A stretch of 64,000 bases of DNA from Eledone cirrhosa (lineage: Eukaryota): assembly GCA_964016885.1 (NCBI GenBank), contig OZ024754.1, positions 30,690,001-30,754,000 of the forward strand, given 5' to 3'. Position numbers and translations under genes: made by a program. Every line of letters begins with the position of its first letter. Positions within the stretch are counted from its first letter, which is position 1. The notes below the pieces were generated by a model. The model had not been told where the DNA came from, did not search any database, and was given only the letters and a program-made list of their open reading frames with translations. This document shows positions 40,670 through 53,720 of the stretch, one piece after another.

Positions 40670-43600
40670 CACCCTCCACACCACCACTACCACCACCTCC
40701 ATTACCACCACCTCCACCACCAGGACCACTACTACCACCACTACTACCATCACCACCACCACCACCACCATCACCACCACCACCATTGCCATCACCACTG
40801 CTGCCACCACATCAACACTAACACTAACCACCACCAACACCACCACCACTACCACCACCACCATCACAACCACTACTACCACTACTACCAGAACCAACAC
40901 CACTACTACCACCACCAACACCACCATTACCACCACCACCACTAACACCACCATCACCACTACCACCACCACAACCACCACCACTACTACCACTACTACC
41001 AGCACCAACACCACCACTACCACCAGCACCATAACCACCACTACCACCATAACCACCACCACCACCTTAACCACCAACACCACCACTACCACCACCAACA
41101 CCACCACCACCACCACTATAACCACCATCACCATCACCACTATTGCTAACATTATTATTAAGAACAGCAGCAATCTCCCAACCACCTAATCTATCATCTA
41201 ACTAGCTAACCAAGCATTCAAATACCCAACCAGCCAACCATCCATTCAATCAACCATCCAATCAACCAACCAACCAGCCAACCATCCATCCAACCACCCA
41301 ACCATCCATTCAACCACCAGCCAACCATCCAACCAGCCAACCACCCAACCAGCCACCCACCCAACCAACCAACCATCCAACCAGCAATCCATTCAACCAA
41401 CCATCAACCAGCCAACCAACCAGCCAAGCAACCAACCACACAACCGGCCAACCACACAACCAACCAGCCAGCCAACCAACCAACCACACAACCAATCACC
41501 CAACCAACCAACCACACAACCAACCAACCAACCACACAACCAACCAAACAACCACACAACCAACCAGCCAATTAACCAACCAACCAGCCACCCACCCAAC
41601 CAACCAACCACCCAACCAGCCAAACAACCAACCACACAACCAACCAGCCAACCAACCAACCACACAACCAACCAACCACACAACCAGCCAACTAACCAAC
41701 CACACAACCAACCAACCACACAACCAGCCAACCAACCAACCAACCACAAAACCAACCAGCCAATCAACCACACAACCAACAAACCACACAACCAACCAGC
41801 CAACCGACCACACAACCAACCAACCAACCAGCCAACCAACCACACAACCAACCAACCACACAACCAACCAACCAGCCAACTAACCAACCACACAACCAAC
41901 CAACCACACAACCAGCCAACCAACCAACCACACAACCAACCAACCACACAACCAGCCAACCAACCGAACACAAAATGAACCAGCCAATCAAACACACAAC
42001 CAACCAACCACACAACCAGCCAGCCAACCAACCAACCACCCAACCAACCAACAAAGCCACCAGCCACCAACCATCTATCCATTAACCAACCAAATAACCA
42101 ACCACCAACCATCCATTAACCAGCCAAGCAACCAACCACACATCCGGCCAACCAACCATCCAACCAGCCAACCACTTCACAATCCATCCAACCAGCCAAC
42201 CACTTCACCAACCATCCAACCACTTCCCCCCACCATCCAACCAGCCAACCACTTCACCAACCATCCAACCACTTCCTCCCACCATCCAACCAGCCAACCA
42301 CTTCCCTCAACCATCCAACCAGCCAACCACTTCACCAACCATCCAACCACTTCCCCCCACCATCCAACCAGCCAACCACTTCACCCACCATCCAACCAGC
42401 CAACCACTTCACCCACCATCCAACCAGCCAACCACTTCACCCACCATCCAACCAGCCAACCACTTCACCAACCATCCAACCAGCCAACCACTTCACCAAC
42501 CATCCAACCACTTCCCCCCACCATCCAACCAGCCAACCACTTCACCCACCATCCAACCAGCCAACCACTTCACCCACCATCCAACCAGCCAACCACTTCA
42601 CCCACCATCCAACCAGCCAACCACTTCACCAACCATCCAACCAGCCAACCACTTCCCCCCACCATCCAACCAGCCAACCACTTCACCCACCATCCAACCA
42701 GCCAACCACTTCACCCACCATCCAACCAGCCAACCACTAGACCCACCATCCAACCAGCCAACCACTTCACCCACCATCCAACCAGCTCACCACTTCACCA
42801 ACCAGCCAACCACTTCACCCACCATCCAACCAGCCAACCACTTCACCCACCATCCAACCAGCCAACCACTTCACCAACCATCCAACCAGCCAACCACTTC
42901 ACCCACCATCCAACCATCCAACCACTTCACCCACCATCCAACCAGCCAACCACTTCACCAACCATCCAACCAGCCAACCACTTCACCCACCATCCAACCA
43001 GCTCACCACTTCACCAACCAGCCAACCACTTCACCCACCATCCAACCAGCCAACCACTTCACCAACCATCCAACCAGCCAACCACTTCACCAACCAGCCA
43101 ACCACTTCACCCACCATCCAACCAGCCAACCACTTCACCCACCATCCAACCAGCCAACCACTTCACCCACCATCCAACCAGCCAACCACTTCACCCACCA
43201 TCCAACCAGCCAACCACTTCACCCACCATCCAACCAGCCAACCACTTCACCCACCATCCAACCAGCTCACCACTTCACCAACCAGCCAACCACTTCACCC
43301 ACCATCCAACCAGCCAACCACTTCACCCACCATCCAACCAGCCAACCAGTTCACCAACCATCCAACCAGCCAACCACTTCACCCACCATCCAACCATCCA
43401 ACCACTTCACCCACCATCCAACCAGCCAACCACTTCACCAACCATCCAACCAGCCAACCACTTCATCCACCATCCAACCAGCTCACCACTTCACCAACCA
43501 GCCAACCACTTCACCCACCATCCAACCAGCCAACCACTTCACCAACCATCCAACCAGCCAACCACTTCACCAACCAGCCAACCACTTCACCCACCATCCA

Positions 43601-44680
43601 ACCAGCCAACCACTTCACCCACCATCCAACCAGCCAACCACTTCACCCACCATCCAACCAGCCAACCACTTCACCCACCATCCAACCAGCCAACCACTTC
43701 ACCCACCATCCAACCAGCCAACCACTTCACCAACCATCCAACCAGCCAACCACTTCACCAACCAGCCAACCACTTCCCCACCATCCAACCAGCCAACCAC
43801 TTCACCCACCATCCAACCAGCCAACCACTTCATCCACCATCCAACCAGCCAACCACTTCATCCACCATCCAACCAGCACACCACTTCACCCACCATCCAA
43901 CCAGCCAACCACTTCCCCCCACCATCCAACCAGCCAACCACTTCACCAACCAGCCAACCACTTTACCCACCATCCAACCAGCCAACCACTTCACCAACCA
44001 TCCAACCAGCTCACCACTTCACCCACCATCCAACCAGCCAACCACTTCATCCACCATCCAACCAGCCAACCACTTCACCCACCATCCAGCCAGCCAACCA
44101 CTTCACCCACCATCCAACCAGCCAACCACTTCACCCACCATCCAACCAGCCAACCACTTCACCCACCATCCAACCAGCCAACCACTTCCCCCCACCATCC
44201 AACCAGCCAACCACTTCCCCCCACCATCCAACCAGCCAACCACTTCACCCACCATCCAACCATCCAACCACTTCACCCACCATCCAACCAGCCAACCACT
44301 TCACCCACCATCCAACCAGCCAACCACTTCATCCACCATCCAACCAGCCAACCACTTCACCCACCATCCAACCAGCTCACCACTTCACCCACCATCCAAC
44401 CAGCCAACCACTTCATCCACCATCCAACCAGCTCACCACTTCACCCACCATCCAACCAGCCAACCACTTCACCCACCATCCAACCAGCCAACCACTTCCC
44501 CCCACCATCCAACCAGCCAACCACTTCACCCACCATCCAACCAGCCAACCACTTCACCCACCATCCAACCATCCAACCACTTCACCCACCATCCAACCAG
44601 CCAACCACTTCACCAACCATCTAACCACTTCACCCACCATCCAACCAGCCAACCACTTCCCCCACCATCCAACCACCACG
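40670..44680. repeat. C/A-rich satellite: (CAC)n, (CCAA)n, then a 28-bp minisatellite CCACCATCCAACCAGCCAACCACTTCAC
   Basis: 28-bp period from about 42150 to 44670 (e.g. TTCA at 42541 and 42569). Confidence 0.95.
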
Positions 44681-44829
44681 CCAGCCAACCTACAGCCAGT
44701 CATCTGGCTCTACCTCAGCATGCTAGACTTGATTGCTACAGTGTGGTCATTGAATCCATCTCTCCCACCCATGGTTGGAAGAGGGTAGAAGCATATGGGG
44801 TGGGTGTAGATAGTGAATTGGTAGGGAGG

Positions 44830-46040
44830 TGGTGTGGTGTGGTGTGGTTGTAGTATAGTGTGGTGTGGTGCGGTGTGGTGTGGTGTGGTTGTAATATAGT
44901 GTGGTGTGGTGTGGTGTGGTGTGGTTGTGGTATAGTGTGGTGTTGTATAGTATGGTGTGGTATGGTATGGTGTGGTGTAGTGTGGTGTGGTGTGGTATGG
45001 TGTAATACGGTGTGGTATGGTATATTGTGTGTTGCAGTGTGGTATGATATATGGTGTGGTGTGGTCTGGTGTAGTCTGGTGTGGTATGATGTGGTATGGT
45101 ATGGTGTGGTGTAGTGTAGTGTGGTATGGTGCAATGTGGTATAGTATGGTGTGGTGTGGTGTAGTTTAGTGTGGTGTGGTATGGTGTGATGTAGTGTGGT
45201 GTGGTGCGATGTGGTATGGTATGGTGTGGTATGGTGTGGTGTGGTGTAGTTTAGTGCGGTGTGGTATGGTGTGGTGTAGTTTAGTGTGGTGTAGTGTAGT
45301 ATGGTGTGGTGTGGTGTAGTTTAGTGCGGTGTGGTATGGTGTGGTGTAGTTTAGTGTGGTGTAGTGTAGTATGGTGTGGTGTGGTGTAGTTTAGTGTGGT
45401 GTGGTATGGTGTAGTTTAGTGTGGTGTAGTGTAGTATGGTGTGGTGTGGTGTGGTGTGGTGTAGTTTAGTGTGGTGTGGTATGGTGTGGTGTAGTTTAGT
45501 GTGGTGTAGTGTAGTATGGTGTGGTGTGGTGTGGTGTAGTTTAGTGTGGTGTGGTATGGTGTGGTGTAGTGTGGTGTGGTGTGGTGCGATGTGGTATGGT
45601 ATGGTGTGGTATGGTATGGTGTGGTGTGGTGTAGTTTAGTGTGGTGTAGTGTAGTATGCTGTGGTGTGGTGTAGTTTAGTGTGGTGTAGTGTAGTATGGT
45701 GTGATGTGGTGTGGTGTAGTTTAGTGTGGTGTAGTATGGTGTGATGTGGTGTGGTGTGGTGCAGTGCAGTATGATATATGGTGTAGTGTAGTGTGGTGTG
45801 GTATGGTATGGTGTGGTGTTGTTTAGTGTGGTATAGTGTAGTATGGTGTGGTGTAGTTTAGTGAGGTGTAGTTTAGTGTGGTGTGGTGTGGTATGGCATG
45901 GTGTGAGGTAGTTTAGTGTGGTGCGGTGTGGTATGGTGTGGTGTGATGTAGTTTAGTGTGGTGTGGTGTGGTATGGTGTGGTGTGATGTAGTTTAGTTTA
46001 GTGTGGTGTGGTATGGTATGGTGTAGTGTGGTGTAGTGTG
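44830..46040. repeat. Degenerate pentanucleotide (GTGTG/GTATG/GTGTA)n array
   Basis: Directly visible. Confidence 0.95.
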
Positions 46041-46199
46041 TTGGAAGTATCAACCATATTAGCAACAAACTGATAATATTGATTTGTAAAATTTTGTACC
46101 ATATTTTTAAATACAGTGTGTAAAATGAAGAGCCATCCACATACTCCCACTGTTGTTGGTATCATTGTATATTTGTTTTTTTTTCATTTCTCCTCTTTG

Positions 46200-47170
46200 A
46201 GTGACTATCTGCAAAATAGGTTGTGTAAATGTATGTGGTCTGGGGTTGAAGTAGAACCAGGGACACCTACTAAATGACTTCAGGATATTATGTCTGGATA
46301 TGGTAGCTGTTAGTAAAATCAAGATTTCTGAAATCTACTTGCTGGGTCTTCTGGACGACTACAAAGATTATGCTTCTTTTAGTTGGCCTAGATTGTGTAG
46401 TGTAGCAGTTCACTTTCAGATAGGCCTCAACTGAGAAGTAAGAACTGTTTTCCTAGACAAAGACGGTAGATTAGCGGTCCTGAGCATTAGCAACAATGAG
46501 GGAGATGATGCTGCTTTCAGTCTAGAGGCAGTTTGTGCCCCAACAGGAGGTGAAAGGCCAAACTTCTTTGGATAGCTAGAGACATTCCTGGGAAAATCTC
46601 ACTCATCAGTGGTGGACTGGAGATGAAGGACTTTGGTGCCTACCTCAACAGCAAGCCACAACACTCAACCAGGGACGAAGAGTGTTGTGAAAAACTGATC
46701 TCAGCTGATGAAGAGGCAGGAATACTGAACCAGTGTGTAAAGGGCAAGGTGCCAGGTTTAAATGGTCTACTCTGTGAGATCTACCTCTACATGCTAGACT
46801 TGTTTGCTACAGTCTTGGCAGCTGGCAGCAAACTGGGAGCAGCCCGAGTCATGTGAGCCTGGAAGTGGTAGCATCGCTAAGATTTGACCCTAACAAGGTG
46901 GACATGATAGAGAATTTCAGGCTCATAACTTTACTAAACACAGAGCTGAAGGTGTTGTTAAAGGTACTGGTCAGGAGAATGGTATTTCTCATTGATAGTG
47001 TAGTCAGCAACATGGAATACATTGTAAAGTGGACCGAGAGTAGATTTGGCTTTAGAAGGGCACTGGTCAATCCAGATCAATTCAAAGTATTTGACAGAGT
47101 TAAACATCACTAATAGGCAGCTGTTTTTTGTCCCATTTTCAGAATTTGGTCAAACTAAATGATCCCTTAT
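46200..47170 (+). mobile_element. Decayed, internally deleted L1/Tx1-like LINE
   Basis: AP-endonuclease start KIGCVNVCGL..; KGKVPGLNGL; RT motifs NFRLITLLNTELKVLLKVL and ALVNPDQFKVFDRV. Stops and frameshifts present. Confidence 0.7.
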
Positions 47171-47765
47171 GAGAACCCTTCCGTATCAAATGCTTGATCC
47201 AACACTAATGCCCCCCCCCCCACACACACACACACACTCATCCCATGATCCTCTACCTTAAGATATTTTTTATCTAACACTCCAATGATTCTGTCCATTA
47301 AAGAACCTTTAAGTGTGGTACATCCCACTAAAGAATGACAACAAGCCAGGAAAATAATATTGGTGTCAGTTTTAAGTGCCAGCTTCTGATTGTTAAGTAG
47401 AACCTAATCAAAAGTGTTTACTTTGCACTTCCTGCACTTTATGCACATATTTAATTACACAGGTGTATATGTATACATACACACATACATATGTATACAT
47501 ACACACATACATATGTATACATACACACATACATATGTATATATACACACATACATATGTATACTAACACATACATATGTATATATACACAAATATATAT
47601 GTATATATACACAAATAAATATGTATACGTATTTATATCATCATCATCATGTTTATTTTCCATGCTAGCATTGGTTATATATAGAAACATATATTCACAC
47701 ACATATCTGTATTATCTATCTCTCTTTCTCTTTTTCTCTCTCTAACCTCTATCTCTCTTTCTGTA

Positions 47766-47802
<37 letters not shown>

Positions 47803-48359
47803 TAACACACATGCACAAATACATACATACACACACACATACACACACATTCATACACACATGCACACATACATACATGTTGTGTAGTGCATGGTCAGTG
47901 CAGTTATATAGTATGTAGGTGGCAAAATCAATTGCTCCACATAGAATTAATTCAATATTCAATGAACAACAAATAAATGATTGATTCAATAACTAGCTGT
48001 TACTATTCTGTATTATATAACTAGAAAGGACGTGAGGTTATTCAATAACTATTGAGGATGTGTGGTATATTTATATAGAACTAGGTTTTACCACCTACAT
48101 CTTATGTTACTGAATCACTCACTAGTTACATATCAAACATGTTGCATAACATATACAAATACATTATATATATATATATATAATGAGGAGGCGGTGGATT
48201 GGCAGTCGGTCGCCATGCTTTCCAGCATAGTTACGTCCCTTTACGATCTGAGTTCAAATCCCGCCGAGGTTGACTTTGCCTTTCATCCTTACAGGGTCGA
48301 TAAAATAAAGTACCAGTAATGCACTGGGTAATTGCTGGCCTTGTGCCTAAAGTTGAAAC

Positions 48360-48399
<40 letters not shown>

Positions 48400-49242
48400 G
48401 TCGTTTAATGTTCATTTTCCATGCTAGCATGGGTTAGATGGGTTGTCCCACTTGGGGCAAGCTGGGTCAGGTGACCAATCCTTACTCTTTCTGGCTAGGT
48501 TTTTACGGCTGGATGCCGTTCCCTAATGCCAACCACATTTACAGTGTGTGCTGGGTGCTTTTTGTCATGACACCTACATGACCACTTTATTACAATCTGG
48601 GCTGCATGCTTTTTGTTGTGACACCTACATGACCACTTTACAGTGTGGACTGGGTGCTTTTTGTTGTGACACCTACACGACCACTTTACAATCTGGGCTG
48701 GGTGCTTTTTGTTGTGACACCTACATGACCACTTTACAATCTGGGCTGAGTGCTTTTTGTTGTGACACCTACATGACCACTTTACACTGTGGGCTGGATA
48801 TATATATAGTACGTACAAAATTAAACCTACAGTCAGTAGGCACCTCTTAACCAGATATACACCCCAACCCACTACCCCTACCCATCCTCCCACTCCCTCC
48901 AACACCACCCTTTCTCTGTAAAGTTATGATGGTACCACAGAACATCCAGTCCAAACTAAAGAGGTTGTGGAGGTGTCACAACAAAAAGCATCCAGTCCAT
49001 GCTGTAAAGTGTTTGTGTAGGAGACACGGTAAAAAGGCTCCCAGTCCACACTGTAAATATAGTTGGTGTTAGGAAGGGCATCCAGCTGTAGAAAACCTGC
49101 CAGATACAGTCCTATATGAGCGAGACACGGTCACCCAATCAATCTTGCCTCAAGTGGGACAATTCCTGTCTAACCCATGCTAGCGTGGAAGATATGTTAA
49201 ACAATGATGATGATGATGATATATATATATATATATATATAT

Positions 49243-49658
49243 GTAGGAGGTGAGTTTTATTGTAGTACAATAAAGCAATGCAGATATCGGATAAGAAGCA
49301 CTCTACAGTTTGTGGGACTGGAGTATGCATAATATAAGATCAAAAGATGGTTAAAGGAGTTCAATATATTTTATTATGCGCATTTCAAAAACAAACATCA
49401 TCAAACAATAATATTTGTGTTTTCATCAGATAAAACAGGAGAACATGATATGAAGGCTAAAAAAACACTTGTTGATAGTGCAGTTTTAAATCAACATATG
49501 TTGATTTAAAACTGCACTATCAACAAGTGTTTTTTTAGCCTTCATATCATGTTCTCCTGTTTTATCTGATGAAAACACAAATATTATTGTTTGATGATGT
49601 TTGTTTTTGAAATGCGCATAATAAAATATATTGAACTCCTTTAACCATCTTTTGATCT

Positions 49659-49666
<8 letters not shown>
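49243..49666 (-). mobile_element. (TA)n-flanked perfect palindrome element, family H, two hammerheads
   Basis: Arms 49329-49497 and 49498-49666 with no spacer (centre CATATG), plus a unique tail 49243-49328. Second copy at 61949-62365. Confidence 0.88.
49560..49626 (+). ncRNA. Type I hammerhead ribozyme motif (mirror 49369-49435 minus)
   Basis: ttttat-CTGATGA-aaac acaaatattatt..gatgatgtttgt tttt-GAAA-TGCGCA-TA-ataaaa. Confidence 0.82.
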
Positions 49667-49712
<46 letters not shown>

Positions 49713-49718
<6 letters not shown>

Positions 49719-51933
49719 TTGTTTCCTTTACCGGTTTCACAGTTTTTATACTTTTCTAAAGTAGAATTGTGATGGGGGGTTTGTGGTTTTTCTCGCATCT
49801 GGTTGGTGTTCGAATGTTACTTCTGTTTTATGTAGAAAAAGTGGCTCGAATTGCTAGGTTTTTTTTAGAAAAGTAATTTGGTTGGTTGATGACTGCCACG
49901 TGAATAAGTATAATAAATGTTGCACCAGTTCGCATTATAGAGTTCTTATTGTATTTACCTTTAAGAAAGGCGTGTGTGTGTTGGGGCTCAGATTGTTTTT
50001 TCATATATGAGTGAAATTTGGTTGGTTGATGACAGTCACGTGAATAAGGATATCAACTTTCACGCCAGTTCGTGTTTGAGGGTTCTTTTCACTTAAAAAA
50101 AGTGACTAAAAAAAATTGCTTTTTTATAAATTTAATTTGTTTGGTTATGACTGTCACATGAATAAGTACATTAAATTTCGTGCCAGTTCGTATTTGGGGG
50201 TTCTTTGTAGCCATTTAGAGAGTTTTGTGCCAAACAAAAGATAATGGTCAAGAAAAAATGGGATGGGGAGAATTGCTCTGGCTCAGTGAGTATGGCCGAT
50301 GTGTCAAAATTCAAACTTTCTATTGAAATAAAGAAAATAGAGATATATATTTTTATTTGTGTGCTGATGTGTGTGTGTGTGTAGGAAAATGATTCTGTTA
50401 GTAGAAATGGGGGGAGGGAGTTATGTGTGTGTATGTGTGTGTGTGGGAGGGGGGGTATGGTTAGCATATTAAGCTGTTAGAGTATTAACGTATGTTAAGG
50501 TCTATTTAGCTCTGGTTTTTATTTTCGAATATAGAAGAGGGTGTTATGTGTGTGTGTCTGTTTGAGTAGTTAGCATGTTATGCTGTTAACATAATGTATA
50601 TTAAACTATATTTAATGCTGGTCTATATTTTTGGATAAACATATTCTCCTTATTTATTGTATTCTGTTGTATTGTCAGTGCAAAGATAAAATGGGAAGAC
50701 TTGGAATTTGGCTGTCTTATCACTTGCGCATATGTCTAGATGCGCACCGAGTGGTATCTGTCTTGTGGTAGGGTCTCGTAATTGTTGGCAATGAATTGTC
50801 ATTCTGTTTCTGAGTGTGAGTTTAGTTTGCCCTATATAATCTTCATTGCATCTTTTACATTTAATGGCATAAAGTAAATTTTTTTATGAGCAAGTGAAGT
50901 GATTTTTTACAACAAAATCTTGTCCTGATTGAAATGTATACATGTTGCCTTCAATGAGGTGAGTGCAGGTTCCACAATTAGAGCGATAACATTTTTTGAC
51001 AGTTGGTTGTGGGTTTGTGGTAGGTAATTTGGCATTGGTGAGTAACGTTTTTAGTGATTTCGGTTGTCTTTTGTTTTTGATTATTTTGTGTGTTTCAAGG
51101 GCTTTTTTCATTCTTGGGTCTTGTTTCAATAGTGGCATGTTCTTGTGAATAGTGTTGTAAGCTTCTGCATTTCTTGGGTTGTGTGTTGAGATATATTGGA
51201 TGTACCTTGAATTTGTTTCTGTTTTCGTAATTCACCAATGCCTATTGCTTTAGCCCTTTCTATTCCATTATTTATTTGTAACGGTGGGTACTGTCTTTCG
51301 CACAGAATTTCCTTTAATTCTTGAAGTCTTTTATTTCGAGTTTCATAATTGGAGACAATTGTGCAAATTCTTCTTGCTAGGTTAAAAGAGATGTTCGTCT
51401 TTGTGTGCTTTGGATGGTTGGAGGTGAATAGCAGGTATTGTTTGGAATCTGTTGGTTTGTACTGGATGTCAGTTTCAATATTTGTGTCATTTTTTATGAT
51501 TAAGATGTCCAGAAATAGGAGTTGATCTTGACTGTATTCCATTGTGAATTGGATGTGGTTATTGATGCCATTAATTAAATTTTTGAAATCATTTAGTTGG
51601 TTGAGTGTGTGAGACCAAAGAATAAGACAATCATCAAAGTAGCGTTTCCAATTCTCTGATAAATATTTGTGGAAGTTCAATCCGTATTTTGATTTGGACT
51701 GTTCATATATCTGGACTTCCAAGTATGCCATAACTAAGTTAGCATAAGTTGGAGCGACTTTTGTACCCATCGCAGTCCCCGATATTTGCTTGTAAGTGCT
51801 GCCATCGAAATCAAAAAAGTTGTTCTGTAAAATAAATTTTAATCCCTCTGTGATGAAGCTTTTTTCTATTCTGTCAGGTATCTCATTGGGATATTTCTCT
51901 AGCCAGAATCCTATTGCTTGTAATCCGTATTGG

Positions 51934-51937
<4 letters not shown>
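49713..51937 (-). mobile_element. 5'-truncated Penelope-like element (RT + Cys linker + GIY-YIG endonuclease; Neptune-like), frameshifted
   Basis: GTAMGTKVAPTYANLVM, WKRYFDDC, FLDI; KCYRSNCGTC linker; NLLYAIKCKRCNEDYIGQT..LRNRM..H and FIQKYRPALN ending at about 50600. (TA)n on both sides. Hammerhead 3' half GAAACCGGTA at 49729-49738. Confidence 0.92.
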
Positions 51938-51971
<34 letters not shown>

Positions 51972-51978
<7 letters not shown>

Positions 51979-52115
51979 TAAAATAACAGATTAAAGTTTA
52001 AGCTTAAATTTAATCTGTTATTTTAATAAATATTTGCTCTACGGTTCTTATATATTGGATATATATTTATCCTTATTGAGCCCTCTTTGGATTTTAGTCT
52101 TCAAATTTATTATTA
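51972..52115 (+). mobile_element. Short (TA)n-flanked fold-back element
   Basis: Palindrome 51972-52033 centred on AAGCTT, plus a unique tail. Confidence 0.55.
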
Positions 52116-52116
52116 T

Positions 52117-52157
<41 letters not shown>

Positions 52158-52165
52158 TCAGTATA

Positions 52166-52467
52166 CACTGAGGATGAAAAACTCAGAGCTGTATGGGAGC
52201 CTCCCAAAAGTCAGCTCAAAAGTGACACAGAGGAGATTGAGGTTAGCTGGACATGCTCACCAACACCCAGAGTTGACATTGCACTCAGTGCTCCTTTGGG
52301 AGCCCCTACATGGACACACTAGAAGAGGAAGACCAAGGTTAACGTATGTTGATGCCCTAAGGACAGACACTGGTCTGTTGGAGACGCAGGACATGGCAGC
52401 GATAATGAGGGACAGAGACAGCTGGAGAGAAATCGTCCATGGATCTCGGGAATTTTACCCGCCTTAG
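52166..52467 (+). mobile_element. 3' fragment of a distinct RTE/RTEX-like LINE
   Basis: QRRLRLAGHAH...LLWEP.HG..RRGRPRLTYVD.L..DTG...RD.WR, bounded by (TA)n. Confidence 0.75.
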
Positions 52468-52779
52468 ATATATATATATATATATATACACACATGTATA
52501 TATAGTAAATTTTATGAGTTGATAAAACAACAGTATGGCGTTCAGATATTTAAAGTTCCAATATGGTTTATTCTATATCCAGAATAATGAGAAATATTTC
52601 AGAGGTAAATCCTGTTGGTATACTTCCATCTTAGATTTATAATCACAGACTTTGTTTAGAGTTTGTTTCTGGTGAAGACACCTTAATCTACATGACAGCC
52701 CCACACTTCCTATACTGCTACTTCTTCAGCAGTCAATATAATGGACAGGTTACTGGTGAAATATAAAGGGGTTTTTAGG

Positions 52780-53490
52780 GGGAGAGAGAGAGGGGAGAGA
52801 GAGGAGGAGAGAGAGAGGCAGGGGGGTATATACAGAGACAGGGTGGGTTATATAGAGAGAGGTAGGGTGGGTTATATATAGACAGGTAGAGGTGGAGTTA
52901 TATACAGAGACAGGTAGGGGTGGGTTATATACAGAGACAGGTAGGGGTGGGTTATATAGATAGGTAGGGGTGGGGTGTATAGAGAGAGAGGTAAGGGTGA
53001 GTTGTATATAGAGAGAGGTAGGGGGTATATACAGAGACAGGTAGGGGGGGGGGGGGGGTTATATAGAGAAAGGTGTGTGGGGGGTATATAGAGAGGTAGG
53101 GGTGGGGTGTATTGAGAGAGGAGGGGGTGGGTTATATAGAGAGAGGTAGGGGTGGGTTATATAGAGAGAGGTAGGGGTGGGTTATATAGAGAAACAGGTA
53201 GGGGTGGGTTATATAGAGAGAGGTAGTGGTGGGGTATATAGAGAGGTAGGGTGGGGTATATAGAGAGAGGTAGGGGTGGGGTATATAGAGAGAGGTAGGG
53301 TGGGGTATATAGAGAGACAGGTAGGAGTGGGTTATATAGAGAGAGGTAGGGGTGGGTTATATAGAGAGAGAGGTAGGGGTGGGTTATATAGAGAGAGAGG
53401 TAGGGGTGGGTTATATAGAGAGAGAGGTAGGGGGGGGGGGGGGGGTTATATAGAGAGAGACGTGGGGGGGGGGGGGTTATATACAGAGAC
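52780..53490 (+). repeat. G-rich minisatellite GGTAGGGGTGGGTTATATAGAGAGA
   Basis: Degenerate unit of about 25-29 bp. Confidence 0.9.
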
Positions 53491-53688
53491 AGTTACTGAA
53501 ATAAACCTTTATTATTCATTTTTACTGATTAATTAACGCAGTCTTTCTAATGAAGCACCATTGTTATGGTAATAATATATAGTCATCATCATCATCATCA
53601 TCATTGTCATTGTCATCATCACCATCATCATCATAACCACAGTCGTTATTATTATCATCAACACCAGCAACAGCAGCAGCAGTGTTAT

Positions 53689-53720
<32 letters not shown>

